From contig CANMFQ010000004.1 in the NCBI GenBank assembly GCA_947497145.1, forward strand, positions 68,560 to 132,559: DNA of 64,000 nt. The letters run 5' to 3'. The DNA is from an uncultured Flavobacteriaceae bacterium. Its GTDB lineage: Bacteria > Bacteroidota > Bacteroidia > Flavobacteriales > Flavobacteriaceae. Positions within the stretch are counted from its first letter, which is position 1, and every line of letters starts with the position of its first letter. The notes beneath the pieces are model-generated. The model worked only from the letters and a program-made list of their open reading frames with translations. It searched no databases and was not told where the DNA came from. The position numbers and the translations under genes were made by a program. Shown piece by piece: positions 1 to 10,076 of the stretch.

Positions 1-2933
1 TCATAGCCCCTATATTTAGTAAAAGTGTATAAATTATTAACCGTAACATAAAAACGTATCTTATCTACTCCAAGCTTATCTATTACGTTACTCGGCATTG
101 TATAGCCTAATTGAATGTTTTGAATTCGCACAAAAGACCCATCTTCAACATAGTAATCAGAAAACAAGGTATTAGAAGTAGCACCATTTGTTACTCTAGG
201 GTATTCATTAGTTGACCCTTCACCTGTCCATCTATTTAAAGTGTATACAGATTTATTTACCAGTTGTTGGTTACGTTCATAGTTTCTAACAATATCATTT
301 CCTAAAGAAGCAAAAGCATAGGCACCAAAATCGAATGCTTTATAATTAAAGGAAAGATTAAGACCCATCGTAGCATCAGGAATAGGGTTTCCAATATCAA
401 TACGGTCATCTGAATTGATTACACCGTCTCCGTTTTGATCTACAAATCGAATATCTCCAGGAGCTGCATTTGCCTGTGTTGCATGCGCATCAATTTCGCT
501 CTGATTTTGGAAGATTCCATTTGTTTCTAAACCATAAAAATATCCTATTGGCTTACCTGCCTCCATTCGCGATGGCGGCTCTTGCCCAACACCAAATCCG
601 CCTCCTTGTATAAAGCCAACTCCATTATTAACAGAAAGCACTTCGTTTTCAATAAGGGTAACATTATAGTTAATTCCGTATGAGAAATCCTCAGAAGGAG
701 CATCACTAAATCCTACAGCAAATTCAAGTCCTTTATTCTCAACAGAACCAGCGTTTACAACGGGCGCTTGAGCCCCAGGAGCTGATGCACCTAACACCCC
801 AGATACGGGAGGTTGCACCAACAAATCTTCTGTTTTTTTATTGAAATAATCAACTGTTACATCAACCTTGTTGTTAAATAACTTTAAATCAAAGCCTACA
901 TCCAAGGTTTTTTGCTCTTCCCATCGAATTTCAGGATTTGGCAATACACCTACCGCTTTTCCAAAGATCAAATTTCCATTAAAGACATAGGCCCCTTCTC
1001 CACTTAAAACACCACGAAAAGCGTTTGAAGCAATTCTATCGTTACCTACAATACCATAACTAGCTCGTAGCTTTAAAAAATTGATCGTATTGCTATTTTG
1101 TAAAAATCCTTCATCAGAAACAATCCAACCTAATGATCCTGAGGGGAAATATCCAAATTTATTCTCTGGTCCAAATCTTGTTGATCCATCACGTCGTATT
1201 AAACCAGACAATAGGTACTTACCCTTGTAATTATATTGAACTCTTGCAAAATATGATAATAGTCGCTCGTCAAATTTTCCTGAACTACCACTTTCCTTTA
1301 ATTGATTTGTCACATCTTGAGCATTCTCTATACTTGCCTCTGCAATATTTGTAGGTGTTTCAAAGAAGCCTACTGAGGCACCAGAAAATTGACCTTTGGT
1401 CACAAAAACTGACATTCCTAAGGTTCCTGTTATATTGTGATCTTCATTAAGTGTCTTTTTGTAGTTTAAAAAAGAATCAACCGTGTAATCTTTAAAAATA
1501 TCTTTATTAACACTTAGTCTATTTCTTCCTGTATTATTAAATACTTTTCCTGAACCATAAAAAACCGTTGGTGTGAAAAATTTACCATCAACTTCTGCAT
1601 AATTAAATTGAAAACTTGTTTCAAAAGTAAAATCACTTAAAAAATTATAGTTAAGTGCCAGCTTTCCACTAATTTTATTTACATCGGTTTTATTGTACGT
1701 ATCTTCAATTTGAGCTATTGGATTAATAACCTCGTTACCCAAGCCTTCAGCCAAGGTAAACGTATCATTTTCCTTTACGGCAAAAGTAGGCGCATTATTC
1801 AATGCATTAAACAACACCGATCCTAGTGCGTTTTCTGCTAAAGTTTTTCTGTTAGTACCTGTATAAATTAAATTGGTAGTCAACTTCAAATTTTTTATCA
1901 ATTCGGTATTGAAGTTAATTCTTGTATTGTAGCGTCTAAAATTTGCTTTTGGCCCACCAACAATACCATTTTGAGTAAGTAAAGAAGCACCAAAAGAATA
2001 GGTAGATTTATTTGTACCTCCACTTACTGTAAGATTGTGATTAACCACTGCTGCTTTTTGAAAAACCTCGTCTTGCCAATCGGTACCGACACCAAGATCT
2101 CCAACATTTGGATAAGGATTTGGACTACCAGTCGCCGCAAATGCCTCGTTTACAATTACCGCATATTCCGTAGCATTTAAAACAGGTATTTTTCTTGATG
2201 TTTCTTGAAAACCGCCATAGGCATCATAACTAAACTTTAATTCAGAATTTTTACGTCCTGTTTTTGTTGTGATTAAGATAACTCCGTTTGCCGCTCTTAC
2301 TCCATAAATACCAGCAGTTGCATCTTTCAAAATGTTCATGCTCTCGATATCATTAGGGTTAACTACACTAAGGTCTTCAATAACGTTACCATCAACCAAA
2401 ATTAATGGTCGGTTGTCTCCGTTGGTAGAAATACCACGAATACGAATGTTTGAGGCACTACCTGGTGAACCAGATGCAGCAGTAACTTGAACTCCAGCTA
2501 CCTGCCCTTGCAACGCTTGTTCAATTCTTGTAGGATTTAAATCCTCAATAGTTTCAGAACCTACCACTGCTACAGCGCCAGTAAGTTCTTTCTTTTTCTG
2601 AGTGCCATAGCCGACTACGACAACCTCTTCAAGTGCACTAACATCCTCTACCATAAGAATGTTGAGCGGGTTCTTGTTAGTGATTTTTACTTCTTGCGAA
2701 ACAAAACCTAAATAAGAAAAAGTGATAACATCACCGATTGACACTTTATTAATAGTAAAGTTGCCATCAAAATCGGTAGTCGTACCATTTGTGGAATTTT
2801 TAACGATAACATTTACACCCGGTAGTGGTTCATTAAATGTTACATCTTTTACATTACCAGTTACGGTGATCTCTTGCGCTCTAGAACTTATCGTTAAAAA
2901 GAGCGTAACTGTTAGGAATAGGATATACTTCAT
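1..2933 (-). CDS. susC: SusC/RagA family TonB-dependent outer membrane transporter (partial; 3' end runs off the window)
   Basis: Hand translation from ATG at 2933: MKYILFLTVTLFLTISSRAQEITVTGNVKDVTFNEPLPGVNVIVKNSTNGTTTDFDGNF..., then VVVVGYGTQKKKELTGAV and the plug motif ILKDATAGIYGVRAANGVILITTK. The frame is in register at position 1 (NNLYTFTKYRGY). Missing from the ORF track only because it has no stop inside the window. Confidence 0.95.
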   Translation of the reverse strand, partial: MKYILFLTVTLFLTISSRAQEITVTGNVKDVTFNEPLPGVNVIVKNSTNGTTTDFDGNFTINKVSIGDVITFSYLGFVSQEVKITNKNPLNILMVEDVSALEEVVVVGYGTQKKKELTGAVAVVGSETIEDLNPTRIEQALQGQVAGVQVTAASGSPGSASNIRIRGISTNGDNRPLILVDGNVIEDLSVVNPNDIESMNILKDATAGIYGVRAANGVILITTKTGRKNSELKFSYDAYGGFQETSRKIPVLNATEYAVIVNEAFAATGSPNPYPNVGDLGVGTDWQDEVFQKAAVVNHNLTVSGGTNKSTYSFGASLLTQNGIVGGPKANFRRYNTRINFNTELIKNLKLTTNLIYTGTNRKTLAENALGSVLFNALNNAPTFAVKENDTFTLAEGLGNEVINPIAQIEDTYNKTDVNKISGKLALNYNFLSDFTFETSFQFNYAEVDGKFFTPTVFYGSGKVFNNTGRNRLSVNKDIFKDYTVDSFLNYKKTLNEDHNITGTLGMSVFVTKGQFSGASVGFFETPTNIAEASIENAQDVTNQLKESGSSGKFDERLLSYFARVQYNYKGKYLLSGLIRRDGSTRFGPENKFGYFPSGSLGWIVSDEGFLQNSNTINFLKLRASYGIVGNDRIASNAFRGVLSGEGAYVFNGNLIFGKAVGVLPNPEIRWEEQKTLDVGFDLKLFNNKVDVTVDYFNKKTEDLLVQPPVSGVLGASAPGAQAPVVNAGSVENKGLEFAVGFSDAPSEDFSYGINYNVTLIENEVLSVNNGVGFIQGGGFGVGQEPPSRMEAGKPIGYFYGLETNGIFQNQSEIDAHATQANAAPGDIRFVDQNGDGVINSDDRIDIGNPIPDATMGLNLSFNYKAFDFGAYAFASLGNDIVRNYERNQQLVNKSVYTLNRWTGEGSTNEYPRVTNGATSNTLFSDYYVEDGSFVRIQNIQLGYTMPSNVIDKLGVDKIRFYVTVNNLYTFTKYRGY

Positions 2934-3183
2934 TTGTTGTGAATTTTGAGATCACAAAGTATTTCATAAACTCAAAAGAAATAAACAAAACACCACAACA
3001 AAAAATATACATTACGTAAGAAACTCTTTAAAAAGTTGCCAAATTAACAAAATTACACCTCAAAAAGCCCGTAAATACGAGTATTTAATCATTTAAAAAA
3101 AATTAACAAATTATTAGCAAAAACAATGAAATACAGCCTTTGTATGGGTAATGTTGTGGTGGTGTAGTGTTAAAAATAGGCGC

Positions 3184-6006
3184 CTAAATACTCATGATGT
3201 AATCCGTAAGGCTCTCTTCACGGGGTAAATCCAATTTTTTTCGCAAACGATACCGTTTCACCTCAACACTTCGTACCGAAATATTTAACAAAGGAGCAAT
3301 CTCCTTGGAAGATAAATTAAGCCTCAAATAAGCGCATAATCGCAAATCATTAGCTGTCAACTCTTGGTGTCGCTTTTTTATCTTTTTTAAGAAGTTTTTA
3401 TCGGCATTATTAAAGGCATCTTCAAAAACATTCCAATCATCTTGATTATTAATATTACGATCAATGGTTCTTAAAACCGTTTTAATTTCGGCATTATTTA
3501 CTGACGTTTCTTTTAATTGTGCTTTAAGTGTATTTAAAAGTTCGTTCTTTTTAATGATACTCATGGTAGACATAGCGAGTTCTCTATTTTTGCTAGCTAC
3601 TTCTTCTTTTAATTTTTCATTTTTAATTTGAACGATTTGCCTTTCCGCTTTTTGCTTTTTTCTCTTCAGTTTCCTTTTACTTCTTTTTAACAACTCTGCT
3701 TGTTGTCTTTTATAGTGTTGTTTGTATAGTCTATTTATACCAAAACCCAGTGCAACAACCATTAAAAAATACACCACAAAAGCAAAAGCCGACAAAAACC
3801 AAGGTCGGCTTATTGTAAAACTATAGGAGGCTACATTTGCTGACAGGTTATTGCCAACCTTAGCCCTTACGTTAAAGGTATAATCGCCGTGTGGTAAGTT
3901 CTCAAAAGAAACATTTGAAGTACTAGACCAACTGCTCCAATCATCATACATGCCCTTTAGTTGATATTGGTAATTAACCTCTGTATACTTATCAAACTCA
4001 GGAATGTGATAGGAGAAAAATAATGTATTTTGTGCATGATCAAGATTTGCTGTACTATCTATAGCCAGCTGTTCATTAGCGGCATTACCAACCTTTTGAG
4101 AAATGGCATTAATGTATATCGTATATTCCCTTGTTTTCAATTTCTTTAAATCAATAGTGAAGTATCCGTTTGATATTCCAATTAGATATTTTTCCTCACC
4201 TACAGTAGTTATGCTTTCAAATCCGGAAACTCCGAAATTTTTTCTCACAAATGACGGGATTGCAATTTTATATATTTCTAAATCAGCATGTAACTTTCCT
4301 GGTGTTGCATAGTTTATTGAATTTGAAGTAAAGCACCAGAGTTTTTTTGAAGTATTGTCAGCTATAAACACCCCTACAGGCTTATCATCAGTTGCATAAA
4401 ATGCTTTGGTAAGTGTCGTATCTAAGTGGAAAGTATTATCAACATCACTATAGTCAAATATCCCATTGTTACAGGTGTATATCAACTTATCTAAATAACG
4501 CACTAAACTAGCTCCTGTACCTTTTGGAGCTTCATTTTCATTTTCTAATACTGTTGAAAAATCCCTATCAAGAGTGAGCTTGTAGATACCTTTAAATTCT
4601 CTATTCACCACTAATTGATGACTACTTACAAATTCGAAAAAGCGACTTGAAATATCAAAACCTTCAATTATATTACGTAAACCCCAACGATTATTTTTCT
4701 TTTCAAGAACACTCAAACCTTTAAAATTACCTTGTAACAAAAGATTTTTTTGATTGGGAATTGGTTTAATATCCCACGTACCCGGAAAATCTGAAATTAA
4801 AGTGGCATTAACTCCATTTATGGTATAAGTACCATTATTATGACCACAAAACAAAACACCGTCAACGACCTTAAGAAACCAAACTTGACCTTTGGTATTT
4901 TCCACAATTTTAAATGCACCATCAACGCCAGAACTTTTATAGAACAAACCTTGGTTGGTGCCTATATACAAAACGTCTTCATATACCGCAGCGGCATAAA
5001 CAACACCCAGTTTCCCATTTTTGTCAATATACTCATGAAAAGGGGAATTCATATTTACAACACTTACCCCATTATCTAGTGCCAACCAAAGATTATGTTG
5101 GTCATCTTCAAAAATAGAAAGCACTGTATTATTGTTTAAACCCTTTTCTTGGTTCATTTTTTGTAGCAAACTGCCATCAGTAGCGATATGGTATATGCCA
5201 TTTGAAATAGTACCTAAAACAATACTGTTATCAGCGAGTTGCAAGCTGCTATAAATGCTAACTGTTTCCAATTTATCTATTGGTGCAGCAAGCCATTTTT
5301 CTAGTTTATTTTCTTCTAAAAAATAAAAAGCCCCGTTTTCAGTGACTAATAACATCTTATTTTCGAGCGAAAAAATACCCGAAACGACCTGTTGCTTTAT
5401 AATTTGATCGTCAGAAACTAAAACTGCTTCTCCGTTTTCAATTTTAAACAACCCTTTATCATTAATTTGAAAATAAATACTGCCTTTAAAATTGAATATT
5501 TGTGCTTTGGTTGATTTTGCTTCAATAACCTTTACAGATGCATCCAAGGTATTGTAGCTATAAATGCGCTCTTTACTTTGAAACAGCACCCATTCGCCGA
5601 GACTTACTATGCTCCAAAATTCTTCATCTTCAATAAGAGGCGTTGTCATTTTTTGACTTATAGAAGTATACACCCTATTGCCGTAACCATCCTTTTTCCA
5701 AAGTCCAAATTCCATATAACAACCCGTAAAAACAATATCATCTATCGCTTCTACTGATCGAATGGCCGAACCATTGGGTGAGGAATACAATTTCCAGTGA
5801 GCGCCATTAAATTCAAGCAACCCACCGTTGTTTGCAACATAAATATTTTTTTGCTTTGATTGAGAAATGCCCCAATTTTGATTTTCGGCACTATAATTAT
5901 TGGGGGTGAAATTTTGAATAGGCGGAAGTTCTTGCGCATCTACTAAAGTTGTAGCTGCAAGAAAAAAGAAAGTTATAAACAAAGACCATAAAGGTTTCAT
6001 ATGCAT
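3184..6006 (-). CDS. Membrane-spanning one-component regulator: beta-propeller sensor, Y_Y_Y domain, TM helix, LuxR HTH
   Basis: Signal peptide; Reg_prop-like repeats (GLNNNTVLSIFEDDQHNLW); Y_Y_Y motif YQYQLKG...FENLPHGDYTFNVRA; TM helix; coiled coil; LuxR HTH LTANDLRLCAYLRLNLSSKEIA...VEVKRYRLRKKL. Confidence 0.9.
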   Translation of the reverse strand: MHMKPLWSLFITFFFLAATTLVDAQELPPIQNFTPNNYSAENQNWGISQSKQKNIYVANNGGLLEFNGAHWKLYSSPNGSAIRSVEAIDDIVFTGCYMEFGLWKKDGYGNRVYTSISQKMTTPLIEDEEFWSIVSLGEWVLFQSKERIYSYNTLDASVKVIEAKSTKAQIFNFKGSIYFQINDKGLFKIENGEAVLVSDDQIIKQQVVSGIFSLENKMLLVTENGAFYFLEENKLEKWLAAPIDKLETVSIYSSLQLADNSIVLGTISNGIYHIATDGSLLQKMNQEKGLNNNTVLSIFEDDQHNLWLALDNGVSVVNMNSPFHEYIDKNGKLGVVYAAAVYEDVLYIGTNQGLFYKSSGVDGAFKIVENTKGQVWFLKVVDGVLFCGHNNGTYTINGVNATLISDFPGTWDIKPIPNQKNLLLQGNFKGLSVLEKKNNRWGLRNIIEGFDISSRFFEFVSSHQLVVNREFKGIYKLTLDRDFSTVLENENEAPKGTGASLVRYLDKLIYTCNNGIFDYSDVDNTFHLDTTLTKAFYATDDKPVGVFIADNTSKKLWCFTSNSINYATPGKLHADLEIYKIAIPSFVRKNFGVSGFESITTVGEEKYLIGISNGYFTIDLKKLKTREYTIYINAISQKVGNAANEQLAIDSTANLDHAQNTLFFSYHIPEFDKYTEVNYQYQLKGMYDDWSSWSSTSNVSFENLPHGDYTFNVRAKVGNNLSANVASYSFTISRPWFLSAFAFVVYFLMVVALGFGINRLYKQHYKRQQAELLKRSKRKLKRKKQKAERQIVQIKNEKLKEEVASKNRELAMSTMSIIKKNELLNTLKAQLKETSVNNAEIKTVLRTIDRNINNQDDWNVFEDAFNNADKNFLKKIKKRHQELTANDLRLCAYLRLNLSSKEIAPLLNISVRSVEVKRYRLRKKLDLPREESLTDYIMSI

Positions 6007-6036
6007 GACGGTCGTTTATAACTTCATAAATAAATA

Positions 6037-6312
6037 TTACACAATTTCGGCGCTTAAACCAGCTTGAAGCAACCTACTACAACGTGGCTCCAAATCAGTA
6101 TATTCACCTGTTTTCACAGTACATTTTCCATTATGATGTACAATTATAGCACATTGCTCTGCCTGTTCTGGCATGTGATCACAAACATCAATTAAGGTAT
6201 CGATAACATGATCGAATGTATTTACATCATCATTAAAAAGAACAATCTCATTAAGATTTATAGCCTGTTCTTCTAAAAGTAATTCTTCTAAATTTTTTTC
6301 TTTAGTACCCAT
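6037..6312 (-). CDS. clpS: ATP-dependent Clp protease adaptor ClpS
   Basis: IVLFNDDVNTFDHVI...EQAEQCAIIVHHNGKC matches the ClpS core. Confidence 0.9.
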   Translation of the reverse strand: MGTKEKNLEELLLEEQAINLNEIVLFNDDVNTFDHVIDTLIDVCDHMPEQAEQCAIIVHHNGKCTVKTGEYTDLEPRCSRLLQAGLSAEIV

Positions 6313-6366
6313 GCTATTTAAAATTTTACATCCATTTTTATTGGTATAATAACTTTATAACGTTTT

Positions 6367-7206
6367 CTAAAGTACATATTTTGCAGCAACCCAATTATTT
6401 TTTTCAATATTTTTTTCAAATTTTAACGCTACCTCTTGGCAACTAGCTGATATAATAGGAAGATCTTCTACATAAAACCCACTTAAATAAAGTGCTCCAT
6501 TGGCATTTAAGCTCTTTGCGTAAGAAGGAATATCAGCAAGCAAAATATTACGATTAATATTGGCGATAATAACATCATATTTTTGTTGCCCTAGTAAACT
6601 AGCATCACCTTGATATACATTGATATGCTCACAGTTATTTCGTGCTACGTTTTCTTTAGCATTCACATAACACCAATTGTCAATATCTATAGCATCAATA
6701 TGATTTGCTCCTTTCATGGCTGTTAAAATAGCCAACACCCCAGTGCCACAACCCATATCTAACACTGATTTATTTTTAAAATCACCTTCTAAAATATGTT
6801 GTAGCATCATATGTGTAGTTTCATGATGCCCTGTACCAAAGCTCATTTTAGGCTCAATAACGATATCAAAATCTACGGTGGGTTTCTCGTGAAAAGGTGC
6901 TCTTACTACACAGGCACTCCCCACCTGAATGGGGTTAAAGTTTTCTTCCCAAGTAGCATTCCAGTTTTCTTGCTCGATTTCCTTTATTTGAAAGCTAATT
7001 TTAAAATCTTCATTTTCTAAAATTTCCACTGCTTCCAAAATAGTAGCTACCCATTCTTCTTTTTGGATATAGGCTAAAACCCCCTCCTCATTCTCAACAA
7101 AACTTTCAAAACCTGCCTCTCCCAGTTCAGCTATTAAAATATCTGACGCTGGTTGTAAGGGAGCTACTTTAAAATCATATTCTATATAAACGGTGTTTTG
7201 CGTCAT
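6367..7206 (-). CDS. prmA: Ribosomal protein L11 methyltransferase
   Basis: IEPKMSFGTGHHETT; SAM motif VLDMGCGTGVLAI; IANINRN. Confidence 0.95.
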   Translation of the reverse strand: MTQNTVYIEYDFKVAPLQPASDILIAELGEAGFESFVENEEGVLAYIQKEEWVATILEAVEILENEDFKISFQIKEIEQENWNATWEENFNPIQVGSACVVRAPFHEKPTVDFDIVIEPKMSFGTGHHETTHMMLQHILEGDFKNKSVLDMGCGTGVLAILTAMKGANHIDAIDIDNWCYVNAKENVARNNCEHINVYQGDASLLGQQKYDVIIANINRNILLADIPSYAKSLNANGALYLSGFYVEDLPIISASCQEVALKFEKNIEKNNWVAAKYVL

Positions 7207-7221
7207 ATCCTATTTTACCAA

Positions 7222-7250
7222 AAAGTAGCATTCTTTTGGAATGCTACTTT
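7222..7250 (-). terminator. Intrinsic terminator-like hairpin after tpiA
   Basis: 12-bp perfect stem AAAGTAGCATTC / GAATGCTACTTT with a 5-nt loop and a U-run on the minus strand. Confidence 0.75.
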
Positions 7251-7307
7251 ATTTATTTTAAAAAATTCTATAAACGAAACTTACTTTAGGTTACCCTTAA
7301 AGTAACC

Positions 7308-8057
7308 TTATATTGCTTTTATAATAGCTACAAAATCATCGGCTACTAATGCAGCACCACCAATGAGACCACCGTCTACATCAGGTTTTGAAAAAATTTC
7401 GGCTGCATTCGCTGGTTTTACACTACCACCATACAAAATAGACACATTCTTAGCAATACTATTATCATAAGCCTCTGCAATAGTTTTACGAATAAATGCA
7501 TGCATTTCTTGCGCCTGCTCTGGCGAGGCAGTTTCACCCGTACCAATAGCCCAAACAGGCTCATAAGCCAACACTATTTTTCGCCATTGTTGAGCATCTA
7601 AAGAAAATAATGCATTCTTTAATTGGCTTTCAACAACATCAAAATGGTTACCAGATTTTCTATCTTCAAGCTCTTCACCAAAACAGAACATTACCCGCAT
7701 ATTTTTTGCCAACGCTGCTGTTACTTTTTTAGCTAGTATTTCATCTGTTTCACCAAAATAAGCTCTTCGTTCTGAATGCCCTATAATAACGGTATCAATA
7801 CCAATGCTCAATAGCATATCTGCAGAAATTTCGCCAGTATAAGCGCCACTCTCAGCAAAGTGCATATTTTGTGCTATAACTTCAATTGCAGAAGACTCTA
7901 AATGACGAACTGCCGCGTTTAAATTAACAAAGGCTGGTGCTACCATTACCTCTGCTGTTGTATCGGGTAGTTTTGCAGAAAGCTCCACTAATAAAGCTTC
8001 TGTTTCTGCTATATTTTTGTTCATTTTCCAGTTTCCTGCTACTATTTTGCTTCTCAT
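7308..8057 (-). CDS. tpiA: Triosephosphate isomerase
   Basis: AGNWKMN, IIGHSERR, AYEPVWAIGTG, LYGGSVKP, GGLIGGA. Confidence 0.99.
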   Translation of the reverse strand: MRSKIVAGNWKMNKNIAETEALLVELSAKLPDTTAEVMVAPAFVNLNAAVRHLESSAIEVIAQNMHFAESGAYTGEISADMLLSIGIDTVIIGHSERRAYFGETDEILAKKVTAALAKNMRVMFCFGEELEDRKSGNHFDVVESQLKNALFSLDAQQWRKIVLAYEPVWAIGTGETASPEQAQEMHAFIRKTIAEAYDNSIAKNVSILYGGSVKPANAAEIFSKPDVDGGLIGGAALVADDFVAIIKAI

Positions 8058-8124
8058 ATCTATAACCGTTTATTTTTTGGCGTTTTATTTATTAATTTTT
8101 TCTCTGTGAACTCTTCATAAAGTA

Positions 8125-8132
8125 CAAATATA
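8125..8132 (-). promoter_or_regulatory. Bacteroidota -7 promoter element (TATATTTG) for tpiA
   Basis: Matches TAnnTTTG about 70 bp upstream of the tpiA start. Confidence 0.55.
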
Positions 8133-8145
8133 CCACATCAGACTT

Positions 8146-9240
8146 TTAAAACGCTAAGGCATCTAAATCGTTATAATGTACTTTTTCTATTATGGTACCT
8201 TTTTCTAGCACTAAAACCCCTGGATTAGAACGAACTATCGTTTTCAGGGTTGTTTCGTCGGTATAATAAAATTCAAAATTCAATTTATTATCTGCAATCA
8301 ATTTAGCGGTTTGACTATCATTAGAAGCCGACATACCTACTACTTTATACCCTTTTTTTATTGCCTTATCTGTCACCCTTTTTATCGCTTCATAAGCAGC
8401 CTCATTGGTTTTTCTTAAATCATAGGCAATTACCATTACCAGCTTTGGTTCTTGTAATAAAGCGGCTGCAAAATCTTCTCCATCTTGCTCAATAGTAAAA
8501 TCGTGCACTGGTGGTTCATAGCCTTTTTGAATTTCTGTAGTTTCTACATCAATAAAATCACCATCAACTTTTGGATAATCGCCGTTGGTAACTACTATTT
8601 TTTCTTTACCATCTACATTAAATTTCCAAGCATATTCAAAAATACTCTCTGGAGCGTCAGGAGGCGTATTCATACCATCTTCTATATTTTTTCCTATTTC
8701 ATAGGGTCTAAAATCAATTACTGGCAAATGATTTAACACATGGTACACATAAAAACCACAAAACACCAAGGCAAAGAACATAACTAGCCGGTCTGTTCGC
8801 GGTGTAAAAAATGGTATGATATACTTTCTGCCTATAAATAAGATGAGAATGAGTACTAGGAGAATAATATCTTTAGTAAACGATTCCCAAGGTGTTAATT
8901 TAATAGCATCACCAAAACAACCACAATCAGTTACTTTATTAAAATAGGCTGAATAGAAGGTTAAAAATGTAAAACCTATAATCATCAACAAAAGACTCCA
9001 AACCGTAAATTTCACCCGAAAGCCTATTAATAACATCACCCCCAACAACACTTCGAGAACCACAACAATAATAGATATTGTAAGTGCATGGGGTTCAAAA
9101 AAAGGCATATCTAAAACACCCGAACTAAAATACTCTTCTAACTTGAATGAAAAACCTACTGGGTCATTTAACTTTATGAACCCACTAATAATAAAAAGTA
9201 TGCCAACAAAAATTCTTGAAAACCCAACAATATACTTCAC
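8146..9240 (-). CDS. BT_3928 family DoxX/MauE-like membrane protein with a C-terminal thioredoxin-like region
   Basis: SRIFVGILFIISGFIKLNDPVGF; DCGCFGDA (MauE/DoxX motif); several TM helices. Confidence 0.85.
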   Translation of the reverse strand: MKYIVGFSRIFVGILFIISGFIKLNDPVGFSFKLEEYFSSGVLDMPFFEPHALTISIIVVVLEVLLGVMLLIGFRVKFTVWSLLLMIIGFTFLTFYSAYFNKVTDCGCFGDAIKLTPWESFTKDIILLVLILILFIGRKYIIPFFTPRTDRLVMFFALVFCGFYVYHVLNHLPVIDFRPYEIGKNIEDGMNTPPDAPESIFEYAWKFNVDGKEKIVVTNGDYPKVDGDFIDVETTEIQKGYEPPVHDFTIEQDGEDFAAALLQEPKLVMVIAYDLRKTNEAAYEAIKRVTDKAIKKGYKVVGMSASNDSQTAKLIADNKLNFEFYYTDETTLKTIVRSNPGVLVLEKGTIIEKVHYNDLDALAF

Positions 9241-9398
9241 AGAACTAAATTTAATTTAATTATTCTTTTTTTATTGATACTGTATCTAGCACTCATCTTG
9301 ACGAGTTTTTAAACAAAAAAGCTGGTTTTACAAAGCTGGAAATAATTTTGCCTCATCAAGCTAAAAAATGCAAGCTCATACCCTCTCTTTACAGTACA

Positions 9399-9962
9399 CT
9401 ATGAAAACGCTTTACTAGTCTTTGTATTTTCATTAAGGTGAATCATGGCAAATACCGCATAATTAACCATATCTTGATAATTTGCATCAATACCCTCGCT
9501 AACTAAGGTTTTACCCTTATTATCTTCAATTTGTTTTACTCGTAATAATTTCTGCAGAATTAAATCTGTTAACGAACTCACACGCATATCACGCCAAGCT
9601 TCACCGTAATCGTGATTTTTATTTTCCATCAACATTTTGGTTTCCCTAGTGTGTTTATCAAAAAGGGCAATTGCCTTTTCAGTAGACAGGTCAGGTTGGT
9701 CAACTACACCCAATTCTAATTGAATTAAAGCCATAATGGAATAATTGATAATACCGATAAACTCGGAACGCTCGCCCTCATCAACTTTACGTACTGCATT
9801 CTCTTGTAAACCTCGAATGCGTTGTGCTTTAATAAAAATTTGGTCTGTTAGTGATGGTAGTCTTAAAATGCGCCAAGCGCTGCCATAATCTGTCATCTTT
9901 TTTTCAAACAAATCGCGACATGTTTTTATCACCTGATCGTATTGTTCAGAAGTATGCTGCAT
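9399..9962 (-). CDS. DUF1599 domain protein (tandem domains)
   Basis: Duplicated KxxDYGxAWR motifs (KMTDYGSAWR, KNHDYGEAWR). Confidence 0.85.
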   Translation of the reverse strand: MQHTSEQYDQVIKTCRDLFEKKMTDYGSAWRILRLPSLTDQIFIKAQRIRGLQENAVRKVDEGERSEFIGIINYSIMALIQLELGVVDQPDLSTEKAIALFDKHTRETKMLMENKNHDYGEAWRDMRVSSLTDLILQKLLRVKQIEDNKGKTLVSEGIDANYQDMVNYAVFAMIHLNENTKTSKAFS

Positions 9963-10076
9963 GAATATTAATGTAATTTGCGTAAATTTCGTTTAAAATT
10001 TTGTGAATGTCAAAGTTCAGTGTAATTACTTACCCATAGAAGGACAATAATAGTATCTTCGGGAAATTTTAAAGCT

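Noticed and set aside
1133-2949. + strand ORFs 1133..1354 and 2722..2949
   Set aside because: They are antisense shadows of the susC reading frame and have no protein-like motifs.
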